Shown one piece after another: positions 10,305-20,785 of a stretch of DNA of 64,000 nucleotides (the stretch's first letter is position 1; each line of letters begins with the position of its first letter). The position numbers and the translations under genes were made by a program. Under the pieces are notes generated by a model that was given only the letters and a program-made list of their open reading frames with translations, did not search any database and was not told the origin of the DNA. Origin of the DNA: Desulfomicrobium sp. (GTDB lineage: Bacteria; Desulfobacterota; Desulfovibrionia; Desulfovibrionales; Desulfomicrobiaceae); contig JAXGMI010000001.1 in assembly GCA_040768745.1 (NCBI GenBank), positions 640,001 to 704,000 on the forward strand, in the 5' to 3' direction.

Positions 10305-12866
10305 ATGCGCTATTACTATCCGACAGATTTGGCCCCGGTGTTGGACCTTGAACGCTCTGTCAGAGAATGGAGCATCTCTCGCATCCTGTTTTTGCTTGGC
10401 GCGCCCCTCGTGGGGATTGTGCTTCTCGGCATGACCTTCTCGACCTACCGCATTGTTTCGCATTATCTGAACAGGGCCTATGCCCGAAATGCCCAGACCC
10501 GTGCGTTGGCTCAGGCACACGAGATAAAGCAGTGTCTTCTTGAGGCCCGCAATGAAATCCAGTTCCTGGCCCGATCGAATCCGACTCCCGATTCAATTCG
10601 CAACTACATGGCGCTCAAGCCTCAAACGCAACGGGACCGCTATCGTGAAATCGCTTTTCATGGCCCCAAACCCGACGATAATTTCGTGCTCCTCAATACG
10701 GGGGATTCAATCTGGCAATTGCCCGCGGAGCAGGCAAACGCCATCAAATTCGGAGTATTTTCTCATCAGAACGGACCTGCCGAAATGAACAGCGATTATG
10801 TCCAGGTCACTCAACCTGTACAGACGTATTATTCCTCCGTGCCGTATCGCGGTTCGACCCAGAACATGGAGTTTTCAGTCATCAGGTTTACCACACAGAC
10901 ATTCGACACCGAAGGAAAGGCCAACGGGGTCCTGACCATTTCCCTTGATTTGCTCGTAGTCCATCGCATCATGTCCCTGTTTTCTTCGTCACAATCCCCG
11001 TTATTCATTTTTCCCCAAGATCGGGAGCGGACCATCAGCTTTTTCTTCGATTCCTCGGGGTGGCTCCTGTTCGCATCAGGATTCAGCGACAATCAGAAGA
11101 AGGGGCTGTCCGTTGACACCTTGCGGAGCGGGCTGCAGGGCGACATTGGCAGGCCTGGATTTGATTCAGCATTCAGGCCCAGCCCGCTGCATGAAAAATA
11201 TTGGACCATGGTTGCCTCGGTACAATCTGGAAATTCAGGACAACTGGCCCTGGGTCCCCTGTTCAACAACCCCTCCAACTCAGGAAGCGACCTTTTTCTG
11301 AACTACGCCCCCATTGAATTCCCTGAGACGCTCCTCTCCAGCCCAACCATTGTAGGCGGCATAGGATGCATGGACACGAGCTTCATGTTCATGTCCGCAA
11401 CATACGAAGTGATCATGGCGTTGTCCGTGGCCTTGTTCACTGCCATCGTGCTGACCTTGGGAACGTTCTATTTTCTCCATCGACGCATCAGCCGGCCCGT
11501 TACCACCTTGGCGTCGGCCGTGGAAAAGAGGACCCTGGGCGGCGATGCCTCACATTTGGAAATCAGTCCTCTTCCGAAAGAGCTCCACCACCTCCAACAC
11601 ACCATCAACACGCTGCTGCTCCAGCTGCAAACGGCCCGCAACGAAGCAAGCATCCGCCAGGAGATGATCCTGGGTGAATTGCACCGGCAACCCGTGTACC
11701 TGGACAAGCTGATCAAGGCCAATCAATCCTCAGTTCAGGGTCAGAGCCACGATCCAGAGTGCGGCATCGTAGGGCAAAGCCAAGCGGTACTGAACTTGAG
11801 GGCCATGATCCAGAAGGCGGCCCAAGTCATGGCAGACGTGCTCATCATTGGTGAGACAGGAACAGGCAAAGAGCTTGCCGCGGAGGCCATCCACCGCAGC
11901 AGCCCCAGGGCTGGCGGCCCATTCATCTCCATCAATTGCGGGGCGCTGGATGAGAATCTCCTGCTTGATGCCCTGTTCGGACATGTGAAAGGGGCATTTT
12001 CCGAAGCCAAGACCGACCGGAAGGGGGCTTTTCTGGCCGCATCCTCCGGCACACTGCACCTGGACGAAATCGGCAATGCCTCACCAAAGGTCCAGCAAGC
12101 CCTGCTCAGAGCCTTGTCCGTCCGCCATATCCGTCCCCTGGGCAGCGACCAGGACGTACCCTTCGATGCGCGGGTCATTGCCGCAACCAATGTCGACCTG
12201 TTGGAATGCGTTAAAAACGGCACATTCCGGGAAGATCTCTATTACCGGTTGGCAGTCATCACCATCAGCACCCCACCCCTGCGGCAGCGCAAGGAAGATC
12301 TTCCTCTCCTCGTCCACTACTTCCTGACAGAAACCACTCAAAGTCAGAACAAGCCTGCCATAGACCTGAGTCGTGGGGCTCTGGACAAACTTTTGCGTTA
12401 CGATTGGCCCGGCAATATCCGGGAATTGAAGAACAGCATGACGCGTGCTGTGACGTTTGCTGAGGGAGGCATCCTGCTTGCCAGTCATATCATTCTGGGA
12501 AATACCACCAATAGTACCGCATCAGACACTCCCCCTGCCTACCCTGCGCCCGGCATGCCCCCCGCACGGACACTTCCCGGAGAGTTCCCGCCCAAAGAGC
12601 ATATTGCTGACCAAAATTCATCCCGCAGTCCGCTCGTCGCCCAAATAGAGATTACGGACCAGCTCAATCCTCGACAAAAAAAGGCTTGGCCTATACTCCT
12701 TGCATCGGGTGGCACGAACCGTGCTGAGTATCAAAACGCAGTCGGCGAAAAAATTTCTGTGCGAACCGCGCAATATGACCTGCAAGATATGGTGAACAAA
12801 GGCTTATTGGTCAAATCGGGCAAGGGTCCGGCCTCTCGCTATATCCTTGCCGATGGGGTTCTGTAA
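10305..12866 (+). CDS. membrane-bound sigma54-interacting activator (periplasmic sensor, HAMP, AAA+, C-terminal HTH)
   Basis: two TM helices, GETGTGKE, GAFSEA loop, LDEIG, FREDLYYRL, WPGNIREL. Confidence 0.88.
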   Translation: MRYYYPTDLAPVLDLERSVREWSISRILFLLGAPLVGIVLLGMTFSTYRIVSHYLNRAYARNAQTRALAQAHEIKQCLLEARNEIQFLARSNPTPDSIRNYMALKPQTQRDRYREIAFHGPKPDDNFVLLNTGDSIWQLPAEQANAIKFGVFSHQNGPAEMNSDYVQVTQPVQTYYSSVPYRGSTQNMEFSVIRFTTQTFDTEGKANGVLTISLDLLVVHRIMSLFSSSQSPLFIFPQDRERTISFFFDSSGWLLFASGFSDNQKKGLSVDTLRSGLQGDIGRPGFDSAFRPSPLHEKYWTMVASVQSGNSGQLALGPLFNNPSNSGSDLFLNYAPIEFPETLLSSPTIVGGIGCMDTSFMFMSATYEVIMALSVALFTAIVLTLGTFYFLHRRISRPVTTLASAVEKRTLGGDASHLEISPLPKELHHLQHTINTLLLQLQTARNEASIRQEMILGELHRQPVYLDKLIKANQSSVQGQSHDPECGIVGQSQAVLNLRAMIQKAAQVMADVLIIGETGTGKELAAEAIHRSSPRAGGPFISINCGALDENLLLDALFGHVKGAFSEAKTDRKGAFLAASSGTLHLDEIGNASPKVQQALLRALSVRHIRPLGSDQDVPFDARVIAATNVDLLECVKNGTFREDLYYRLAVITISTPPLRQRKEDLPLLVHYFLTETTQSQNKPAIDLSRGALDKLLRYDWPGNIRELKNSMTRAVTFAEGGILLASHIILGNTTNSTASDTPPAYPAPGMPPARTLPGEFPPKEHIADQNSSRSPLVAQIEITDQLNPRQKKAWPILLASGGTNRAEYQNAVGEKISVRTAQYDLQDMVNKGLLVKSGKGPASRYILADGVL

Positions 12867-12887
12867 CTTTAATTGCGAGACCATGCC

Positions 12888-15446
12888 ATGAAATTGCGCA
12901 ACTGGCTGGAAGCCATTTTACCCAAAAAGCAACCTGGAACGGATCACGAGACGGTCTTGAGGTCTTTCCGGCTGCAGTACACTCACTTCAAGGACCTGCT
13001 GCTCTCCAATGCCGAATTGGGGAACCTCATGGCCGATATCGACGAGAAAATGCGTGGCACTGTCCTCTTCGGCATGAACGAAATCAGGGCATTAGCAACA
13101 CGCAGTGTCTTCCACACCATGCGCATGGTCACGGCTCTGAATGCCATTTCAGGCAACCGCTACGCCGTACTCCAGGAAATGGTAGAACTTATCAATGCCC
13201 GGATTTCCTCTATTCTTGACAGCAAACCCCTGCCAGCCGCAGATGTGCTGACCTACCCCCTCAGCTCAGTAAACCGTGACTTTGTCGACCTTGTGGGAGG
13301 GAAATGCGCAAATCTCGGTGAAATGCGCAATCATGCAAAAGTTCCCACTCCTGGGGGATTTGGAATCACAACCGCAGCCTACAATGTTTTTCTCCAATCC
13401 GAGGGATTGCGCGAAGAAATTCTGAAACTGTTGCGGGAGGCCAATCCTGACGCCCCGGCATCCATCGTGGAAGTCTCTGAGGCCATTTTCAGGACCATGG
13501 CTGGGGTCAAAGTTCCTGATCAGGTCATGACGGCCATCAATGCAGCCTGGGACGAGGTCTTTGAAAATCCGGCTCAAACCCGGACCGCGTTGCGCTCCAG
13601 TGCCATCAGTGAAGACGGTATCCTCTCCTTTTCAGGGCAATATCGAACAATACTCGGTGTCACCCGCTCCTCCCTCGAAGACGCTTTCCGGGAGGTTCTG
13701 GCCAGTCTGTTTTCGCCGCGCGCCATCACCTATCGCATCCACCATGGTGTCCCGTTCGAACAGTGCGCCATGGGCATGGCCTGCATCGAAATGGTGGACG
13801 CCCTGTGCAGCGGCATCATTTTCTCCCGCCACCCGGTCAACCCATTGTCCGATGAAATGGTCCTCAACGCTGTCTGGGGGTTGGGGGCCTACGCGGTGGA
13901 TGGAATTATTGAACCCGACACTTGGCACATCAAGCCTGGCATCACCCCTCAGATCATGCAGCAGTATGTTGCCGACAAACGTGTCCAGCTCATTTCCGAT
14001 GCGTCGGGAAAACATGAGCAAGCGGTCCCAGAGGAATTGCGCAAAACACCATGTTTGAACACCGAACAGGTCATGGCACTGGCAGCCATTGCCGCCAAAC
14101 TCGAAGCTCACTACCGTCATCCCCAGGACGTGGAATGGGCCATGAACAAGAAAGGAGAGATCCTGGTTCTGCAAAGCAGGCCCATGCGCCTGGCCAGCGC
14201 CCAGCACAATGGACTGTCCAACGACTCCATCCCTGGAGCCCAGTTGTTGGTCGAGCATGCAGACATTGCCTGCGCCGGAATCGGATCGGGTGCGGCCATC
14301 ATGGCGGACTCCATGCAGGACTTGTCCGATTTCCCCACGGATGGGATTTTGGTCGCCAAGCATTCCCTTCCCAATTACGTCCTGGTCATGAACCGGGCCC
14401 AGGCCATTGTCACCGAAGCCGGGAGCATCACCGGTCACATGGCCTCCCTGGCACGTGAATTCAACGTGCCAACCATCCTGAATGCCAAAGGGGCCACCAA
14501 AATCATTCAAGACGGCCAACTCATCACCGTGGATGCCATCACCGGACGCATCTACAGTGGAAGCGTTCCGGAACTCATCGCCCTCAAGTCCGAACGCAGG
14601 TTAAAAATAGCCGACACCCCTGTGCACGCCACGTTGCGACAGGTTGCGGACCAGATCACCCCTCTGCACCTCCTGGATCCAAAATCTCCACTGTTCAAGC
14701 CAGAGTCCTGCACCACCCTGCATGACGTCATGCGTTTCGTCCACGAACGTTGCTATACCGAGATGTTTCGCATCAGCGACCGGGCTTCGGATGCAGGCTC
14801 CGTGTCCTGCCAGCTCAAGGCCAAATTGCCTATCGACCTGCGCATCATCGATCTTGGTGGAGGCCTCAAGGACGTGGATGGGCCATACGTCTATATGGAA
14901 CAGATTGAATCGGTGCCGCTGTCCGCCCTCCTGTCTGGAATGCTCAGTCCCGAGGTGCACGTGCGTGGACCCAGGCCCGTCGATGTCAGCGGATTTCTCT
15001 CGGTCATGAGCCAACACATGCTCGAACCGCCCAACACCCAGGTTGAACGGTTCGGCGAGAGGAGCTACGCCATTGCCTCCGACAAATATCTGAACTTCAG
15101 TTCGCGTGTGGGGTACCACTACAGCGTCATCGACGCGTATTGCGGGCAAACCATATCCAAGAATTATATCACGTTCCAATTCAAGGGTGGAGCGGCCGAC
15201 GAGATTCGCCGGGTGCGGCGGGTGCGTTGTATTGCCGAAATCCTGAGCAGACTTGATTTTGTGACTGAAGTGCGGGGCGACATGACCCAGGCCAAGTTTC
15301 AGAAGTACTCATCCGAAGAGACGAGAGAACGCCTGGATCAGCTGGGTAGACTCCTGATCGTCACCCGACAGATGGACATGCTCATGACGAGTGAAAACGC
15401 AGTCAAGATCATGGCCGATAACTTCATGGCCGGAAAATATCACTAG
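12888..15446 (+). CDS. PEP/pyruvate-binding (PPDK/PEP synthase N-domain) + phosphohistidine domain protein
   Basis: VGGKCANLGEM, LRSSAISEDG..SFSGQY, PQDVEWA, LQSRP, phospho-His motif GSITGHMASLARE. Confidence 0.85.
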   Translation: MKLRNWLEAILPKKQPGTDHETVLRSFRLQYTHFKDLLLSNAELGNLMADIDEKMRGTVLFGMNEIRALATRSVFHTMRMVTALNAISGNRYAVLQEMVELINARISSILDSKPLPAADVLTYPLSSVNRDFVDLVGGKCANLGEMRNHAKVPTPGGFGITTAAYNVFLQSEGLREEILKLLREANPDAPASIVEVSEAIFRTMAGVKVPDQVMTAINAAWDEVFENPAQTRTALRSSAISEDGILSFSGQYRTILGVTRSSLEDAFREVLASLFSPRAITYRIHHGVPFEQCAMGMACIEMVDALCSGIIFSRHPVNPLSDEMVLNAVWGLGAYAVDGIIEPDTWHIKPGITPQIMQQYVADKRVQLISDASGKHEQAVPEELRKTPCLNTEQVMALAAIAAKLEAHYRHPQDVEWAMNKKGEILVLQSRPMRLASAQHNGLSNDSIPGAQLLVEHADIACAGIGSGAAIMADSMQDLSDFPTDGILVAKHSLPNYVLVMNRAQAIVTEAGSITGHMASLAREFNVPTILNAKGATKIIQDGQLITVDAITGRIYSGSVPELIALKSERRLKIADTPVHATLRQVADQITPLHLLDPKSPLFKPESCTTLHDVMRFVHERCYTEMFRISDRASDAGSVSCQLKAKLPIDLRIIDLGGGLKDVDGPYVYMEQIESVPLSALLSGMLSPEVHVRGPRPVDVSGFLSVMSQHMLEPPNTQVERFGERSYAIASDKYLNFSSRVGYHYSVIDAYCGQTISKNYITFQFKGGAADEIRRVRRVRCIAEILSRLDFVTEVRGDMTQAKFQKYSSEETRERLDQLGRLLIVTRQMDMLMTSENAVKIMADNFMAGKYH

Positions 15447-15780
15447 ATCTTGCCATTATCCTCCCCTGCTCCCGATTTCCCTGGCGCGCAACTCAAGTCC
15501 TGGCGCGGGAACAAATCCATGAGGGGTGCAAAACTCCTTCGTTTTAGGCATTTTTCCCAATTTCAAGGAATTATTCTCAGATCTGCCGAACAAAATAACC
15601 AGGGAAAAAGGAAGAATTCCTATCGACATGAAATACGCTCATTCATAGATAATCTATCGAAATTTTTCCTGGCAGAAGGAAAGGTGCTTTGAAAATCATC
15701 ACCAGGCCGCCGTCCATGGCCACCCTGGTTCAGCCCAACTGCTGCCGGAGAGCGCACAATCTCATTTTACGGAGTTCCAC

Positions 15781-17421
15781 ATGATCCAATGGCCCAAAAG
15801 TAACGACGTTCTCGGCACCACCAACCGCGGCAACCCGGCCGAATCCGGTCTGTGCACCCTGTGCCGCTCGGACTGCTCAGGCAAATGCGAAACCTGGATG
15901 TCCTGCCTCAAAGGTCGGCACATGCTCTATCCCAGGGATTTCGGCTTTGTCACCGCAGGCAGCGGCAACACCAGCCATATCGGGGTGAACTACAATTCCC
16001 TGCGCATCCAGGGTTACAACTACGGAGCCCACGGCGTTGCACCCGGGCGGACAACCAACCCCGATGACTGTCTGTTCACCAATGTCTCTCTGGAGACCTC
16101 CTTTGGCGCCACGGAAAAAACCAAGGTTCGCATGCCCATTATGACCGGGGCCCTGGGCTCGACCTTCATTGCCGCCAAATATTGGAACTCCTTTGCTGCT
16201 GGTTGCGCCCTGATCGGGATCCCCATCGTCATCGGCGAGAACGTAGTCGGTGTGGACCGCCAGTCCAGCATGGCCAACGGCCGCATCGACAAATCCCCCG
16301 AACTGGACCGCCGCATCGAGATCTACAAACGCTACCATGACGGCTACGGAACCATCATCGTCCAGCTCAATGTCGAGGATGCCCGCAATGGCGTGGCAGA
16401 ATATGTCATCGACAAATACGGCGACAAGGTCTGCATTGAACTCAAATGGGGCCAAGGGGCCAAGAACATCGGTGGCGAAATCGAGGTCAAAAGCCTGGAT
16501 TACGCCCTGTTCCTGAAAAAACGCGGCTATCTCGTCGATCCCGACCCCGAGTTGCCCGAAGTGCAGGACGCCTTCAAGGCAGGAGGCATCAAGGGCTTCG
16601 CCCGCCACAGCCGCCTCGGGTATACTGACCTGCCTTCATCGGACGCAGTGCACCAGAACTTCATGGAGACCGCGGCCTATCTGCGCAAGCTCGGCTTCAA
16701 GAAAATCTCCCTCAAAACGGGGTCCTACGGCATGGAAGCCCTGGCCATGTCCATCAAGTACGCCACGGAGGCGGGATTGGATCTGCTGACCATTGACGGT
16801 TCCGGAGGCGGCACTGGCATGAGCCCCTGGAACATGATGGAGACATGGGGTGTTCCGTCCATCCTGCTGCACTCCAAGGCGGTGGAATATGCCTCCATCC
16901 TGGCCGCACAGGGCAAACGGGTCGTGGACATGTCCTTTGCCGGAGGCCTGGCCCGGGAAGATCAGATTTTCAAGGCCCTGGCCCTGGGCGCACCGTTTGT
17001 CAAGCTGATCTGCATGGGCCGCGCCCTGATGATCCCCGGTTTCCTGGGCTCCAACATTGAAGGTGCACTGCATCCGGACCGCAGGGAAAAGGTTTCCGGC
17101 AACTGGGACGCGTTGCCCAAAACCGTCAAGGATATCGGCGAAACACCGGAACAGATCTTTGCCGGATACGAGTCCCTGAAAGCAAAAATCGGGGCTGCGG
17201 AGATGCAGAACGTGCCTTTCGGCGCCATTGCCGCCTGGACTTTGGCCGACAAGCTTGGCGCAGGGTTGCAGCAGCTTCTGGCTGGCGCACGCAAGTTCTC
17301 TGTAACGGACATTTGTCGCGGAGACATTGTTTCAGCCAATCGGGAGACGGCCCGGGAAACGGGGATCCGGTTCATCACTGAAGTGCAGGACGAAATCGCC
17401 CGCAAGATTCTTTTCTCCTGA
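15781..17421 (+). CDS. stand-alone FMN-binding glutamate synthase family protein
   Basis: IELKWGQGAKNIGGE, TIDGSGGGTG, FAGGL..FKALALGA; N-terminal Cys cluster. Confidence 0.85.
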   Translation: MIQWPKSNDVLGTTNRGNPAESGLCTLCRSDCSGKCETWMSCLKGRHMLYPRDFGFVTAGSGNTSHIGVNYNSLRIQGYNYGAHGVAPGRTTNPDDCLFTNVSLETSFGATEKTKVRMPIMTGALGSTFIAAKYWNSFAAGCALIGIPIVIGENVVGVDRQSSMANGRIDKSPELDRRIEIYKRYHDGYGTIIVQLNVEDARNGVAEYVIDKYGDKVCIELKWGQGAKNIGGEIEVKSLDYALFLKKRGYLVDPDPELPEVQDAFKAGGIKGFARHSRLGYTDLPSSDAVHQNFMETAAYLRKLGFKKISLKTGSYGMEALAMSIKYATEAGLDLLTIDGSGGGTGMSPWNMMETWGVPSILLHSKAVEYASILAAQGKRVVDMSFAGGLAREDQIFKALALGAPFVKLICMGRALMIPGFLGSNIEGALHPDRREKVSGNWDALPKTVKDIGETPEQIFAGYESLKAKIGAAEMQNVPFGAIAAWTLADKLGAGLQQLLAGARKFSVTDICRGDIVSANRETARETGIRFITEVQDEIARKILFS

Positions 17422-17531
17422 TTTTTACGCATCCCATACGCTTACAGGGGGCGGTATCGACCCGATGCCGCCCCCTGGTCCCCCCCTCCTACCTGTGCTA
17501 TAATTTTAATAGTTACAGCCCAGGAGAACTC

Positions 17532-18677
17532 ATGATCGCCCAACCAAGTAATCCGTACAGCTCGCCACCCACCCGCGAGGCATGGGAGGCATTCCAGGTC
17601 CAAAGCAGGCAGATGGAAAACGCCCTGCTGGAACGCATCAAAGAACTCAACTGCCTTTACGGGATCACTCGCCTGGCCCAACAAGCCGAGCGGCCCCTGG
17701 AAGAAATCCTGGTCTCCATCGCCGAGCTCATTCCCGCTTCATGGCAGTATCCGGATATCACCTGCGCCTCAATCCGCCTGGGCGAGACGAGATATAGCTC
17801 CGCCAATTTCAAACCCACTCCGTGGCGTCAGGCCAGCCCCATCCTCGTTCGCAGAGAAACGCACGGTGAAGTTGAAGTGTGTTACCTTGAGAAACGCCAA
17901 GAGTGTGACGAAGGACCGTTTCTTCACGAGGAGCGCAGCCTTATCGACACCGTAGCGGATCTGATCGGCCGCATCGTGACCCAACGTCAGGCCGATGAAC
18001 AGATGCGAACCCTGTCCCAGGAACTGATCATGGCCCAGGAGAACGAGCGCCAACGCATTGCACGAGAACTTCATGATCACCTGGCCCAGGACCTGTCCCT
18101 GGCCCGGGCTGATCTGGAACGCATCGCCTGCGGACTCCCTCTGGACGGCCCGTACCGCAGCCAGGCCGTAGCTGTGGCCGAACGGTTGGGCAGCGCCATC
18201 AGCTCCATCCGCAACCTGGCTTATGGACTTCTTCCTCCGGGCTTGACCGAACTGGGCCTGGTCGAGACCGTGCTGGACCATTGCGAAGATTTTTCCCTTC
18301 GTCACGGCATTGAGGTTGAAGTCTTTGTTGACGGATTGGGTGGACTGGAGTTTGACTTCGACACCCAGATCAACATCTACCGTCTCATCCAGGAAGCATT
18401 GAGCAATGTGCGCAAGCACGCCAAGGCCAGCCGAGTGGTCATTCGCCTCCTCGGCGCCTACCCGAGCCTGCTGGTTCGTATCGAAGACGACGGATGCGGC
18501 GCGGATATGGAGCAGTGCATGGCCCAGGCCGGGAAAACCAAGCGCATGGGCATGTGGAGCATGCGGGAACGGGTTCGTCTGCTGGGAGGGACCATTGCCT
18601 TCCGCTCCAAACCGGGACAGGGCCTGCGCATCCTGATCGAAACCCCTCTGCAGCGGAGCAGCCGTGAGCGGTCCTAA
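17532..18677 (+). CDS. sensor histidine kinase (HisKA_3 type)
   Basis: ERQRIARELHDHLAQ, QEALSNVRKHA, EDDGCG; CAGGAG RBS. Confidence 0.9.
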   Translation: MIAQPSNPYSSPPTREAWEAFQVQSRQMENALLERIKELNCLYGITRLAQQAERPLEEILVSIAELIPASWQYPDITCASIRLGETRYSSANFKPTPWRQASPILVRRETHGEVEVCYLEKRQECDEGPFLHEERSLIDTVADLIGRIVTQRQADEQMRTLSQELIMAQENERQRIARELHDHLAQDLSLARADLERIACGLPLDGPYRSQAVAVAERLGSAISSIRNLAYGLLPPGLTELGLVETVLDHCEDFSLRHGIEVEVFVDGLGGLEFDFDTQINIYRLIQEALSNVRKHAKASRVVIRLLGAYPSLLVRIEDDGCGADMEQCMAQAGKTKRMGMWSMRERVRLLGGTIAFRSKPGQGLRILIETPLQRSSRERS

Positions 18678-19332
18678 ACGCATCCTCATCGTCGACGACC
18701 ATCCCCTGTACCGCGACGGGCTCAAAGCCAGACTGGCCGGTAGATCAGATTTCAACGTGGCCGGCGAGGCCGGCTCCTGCGCCGATGGCCTGCGTCAGGC
18801 CAAAGAACTTGAACCAGACCTGGCCATCGTCGACATCAGCCTCCCTGATGGAAGCGGAATCGAACTGACCCGTGAGCTGCGCACCATCTTTGCGGGAATT
18901 TCCATCCTCATCGTCAGCATGCACGCCAAGCTCGATTTCATCGCCGCGTCCTTTCAGGCCGGCGCTTCCGGATACATGTCCAAAGAAACAGGGGGGGAAG
19001 GCATCCTGCAGGCCATCTCCACCGTGCTGGCCGGCGGACAGTATCTGGATGGGTCCCTCTCGCCCTCTGTCTTGCGCCGTCTGAACGACATTTCGGAACG
19101 CAAGGCCAAGCGCCTGGACGCCTCTTACGGCACCCTTTCCCTGCGCGAGCAGCAGATCATGCGCCTGCTGGCCGAAGGGCTGACCCCTGAAGAAATCGCG
19201 GGCAAACTTTTCGTCTCCCGCAAGACCGTCCTCAATCACCGCTATTCCATCATGACCAAGCTCGGGATCAAGAGCCCCATGGCCTTTGTGCGCCATGCCG
19301 CGCGACTCGGCCTCATCGACATCGAAGACTGA
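18664..19332 (+). CDS. NarL/LuxR family response regulator
   Basis: IVDDHP receiver; LSLREQQIMRLLAEG..SRKTV LuxR HTH. Confidence 0.92.
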   Translation: MSGPKRILIVDDHPLYRDGLKARLAGRSDFNVAGEAGSCADGLRQAKELEPDLAIVDISLPDGSGIELTRELRTIFAGISILIVSMHAKLDFIAASFQAGASGYMSKETGGEGILQAISTVLAGGQYLDGSLSPSVLRRLNDISERKAKRLDASYGTLSLREQQIMRLLAEGLTPEEIAGKLFVSRKTVLNHRYSIMTKLGIKSPMAFVRHAARLGLIDIED

Positions 19333-19464
19333 ACCGCCAGGTTGTGCAATTTGCGACTTTACCGGGGCCCGCATTGATGGATACACAGATGCCAGTGCGG
19401 GTTCGATCGGACAGGTTTTGCCTGGCTCGTCATGCCCGCATGACCCAAGCATAAAGGATTGTTC

Positions 19465-20778
19465 ATGCTTCGCTCCATCGGATTGCTGCTCCTGGTTCTC
19501 CTCCTCGTCCTGGCCAACGGCTTTTTCGTGGCTTCAGAATTCTCACTGGTCGGTGTCCGCCGCTCGCGTATCGCCATCCTGGCCGCAGCAGGCAACCGGA
19601 GAGCCAGGAGGCTGCTGCGCCTCATCGACCACCTCAATGCCTATATCTCAGCCACACAGCTGGGCATCACGCTGGCCTCCCTGGCCTTGGGCTGGATAGG
19701 AGAACCGGCCATCGCCCGGCTGCTGGAGCCTGTTCTCGAAAACAGAGTGCCTCCGGCTGTCCTGCACTCCATCTCCTTTGCCGTCGCGTTCAGCCTCATC
19801 ACCTTTCTGCACATCGTTCTGGGCGAATTGGCGCCCAAGACCATTGCCCTGGAGTTGGCCGAGAAAACCGCTTTGGCCATAGCCCTGCCCATGGAGATCT
19901 TTTACCGGATTTTCTGCTGGCCCATCCGCCTGCTGGATTGGTCCGGGACATGCACGGTCCGGCTGCTGGGATTCACGCCCAGCGCCAGCCACGGCTCGGT
20001 GTATACAGAGGACGAGCTGCGCATGCTGATCGACGCCAGCTACAATAGCGGACAAATCGAAGACGAAAAACGCAAACTCATCAGCAAGGCCTTCGACTTC
20101 AACACCACGGAAGCCTGCGAGGCCATGATCCCCCGCTCCGAAATAGCGGCGTTGCCCGTGACAGCAACCCTGGAAGAGGTCCTGCAAGCCTTCCAGGTGC
20201 ATGGGTACTCACGCCTGCCGGTTTTTGGCGAAGACCTGGACGACATCGTCGGCGTGCTGTTCCGCAAGGACATGGAACCGTTTCTGGCCCGCACCTCGGA
20301 CGCGGCGTTCTCCATGACATCCATCATCCATCCCCCCACCTTCGTTCCGGCAGGGAAGCATCTCGGGGCCCTGCTCAAGCAGATGCAGGCCTCGCGCACC
20401 CACTTGGTCTTTGTCATGGACGAGTACGGCGGACTGGAGGGTCTGGTCACCCTGGAAGACGTCTTGGAAGAGATCGTCGGGGAGATCAACGACGAATACG
20501 ATGAGGAAGTGCGATCCCAGATCGTGCGTGACGGAACCGACTACATTCTGGACGGAATGCTGGCGGTGCGGGACGCCAACCGAAAACTGAAGCTGACTCT
20601 GCCCGAGGACGAGACCTACACAACTGTGGCCGGATTTCTCCAGGCCCGGGCCGGCCGTGTTCTTGAACCCGGCGACGTGGTGCCCCTCAGGGAAGGCCTG
20701 TTCAGGGTTGAACGCGTGGAACGACGCCGCATCCAACGCATTCGATTCAGCCCCGCTCCGGCTTCAGATCAGAGATAA
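19465..20778 (+). CDS. HlyC/CorC (CNNM + CBS) family membrane protein
   Basis: NGFFVASEF, QLGITLASL, GELAPK, GYSRLPV, DEYGGLEGLVTLED. Confidence 0.92.
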   Translation: MLRSIGLLLLVLLLVLANGFFVASEFSLVGVRRSRIAILAAAGNRRARRLLRLIDHLNAYISATQLGITLASLALGWIGEPAIARLLEPVLENRVPPAVLHSISFAVAFSLITFLHIVLGELAPKTIALELAEKTALAIALPMEIFYRIFCWPIRLLDWSGTCTVRLLGFTPSASHGSVYTEDELRMLIDASYNSGQIEDEKRKLISKAFDFNTTEACEAMIPRSEIAALPVTATLEEVLQAFQVHGYSRLPVFGEDLDDIVGVLFRKDMEPFLARTSDAAFSMTSIIHPPTFVPAGKHLGALLKQMQASRTHLVFVMDEYGGLEGLVTLEDVLEEIVGEINDEYDEEVRSQIVRDGTDYILDGMLAVRDANRKLKLTLPEDETYTTVAGFLQARAGRVLEPGDVVPLREGLFRVERVERRRIQRIRFSPAPASDQR

Positions 20779-20785
20779 CCGCCCC

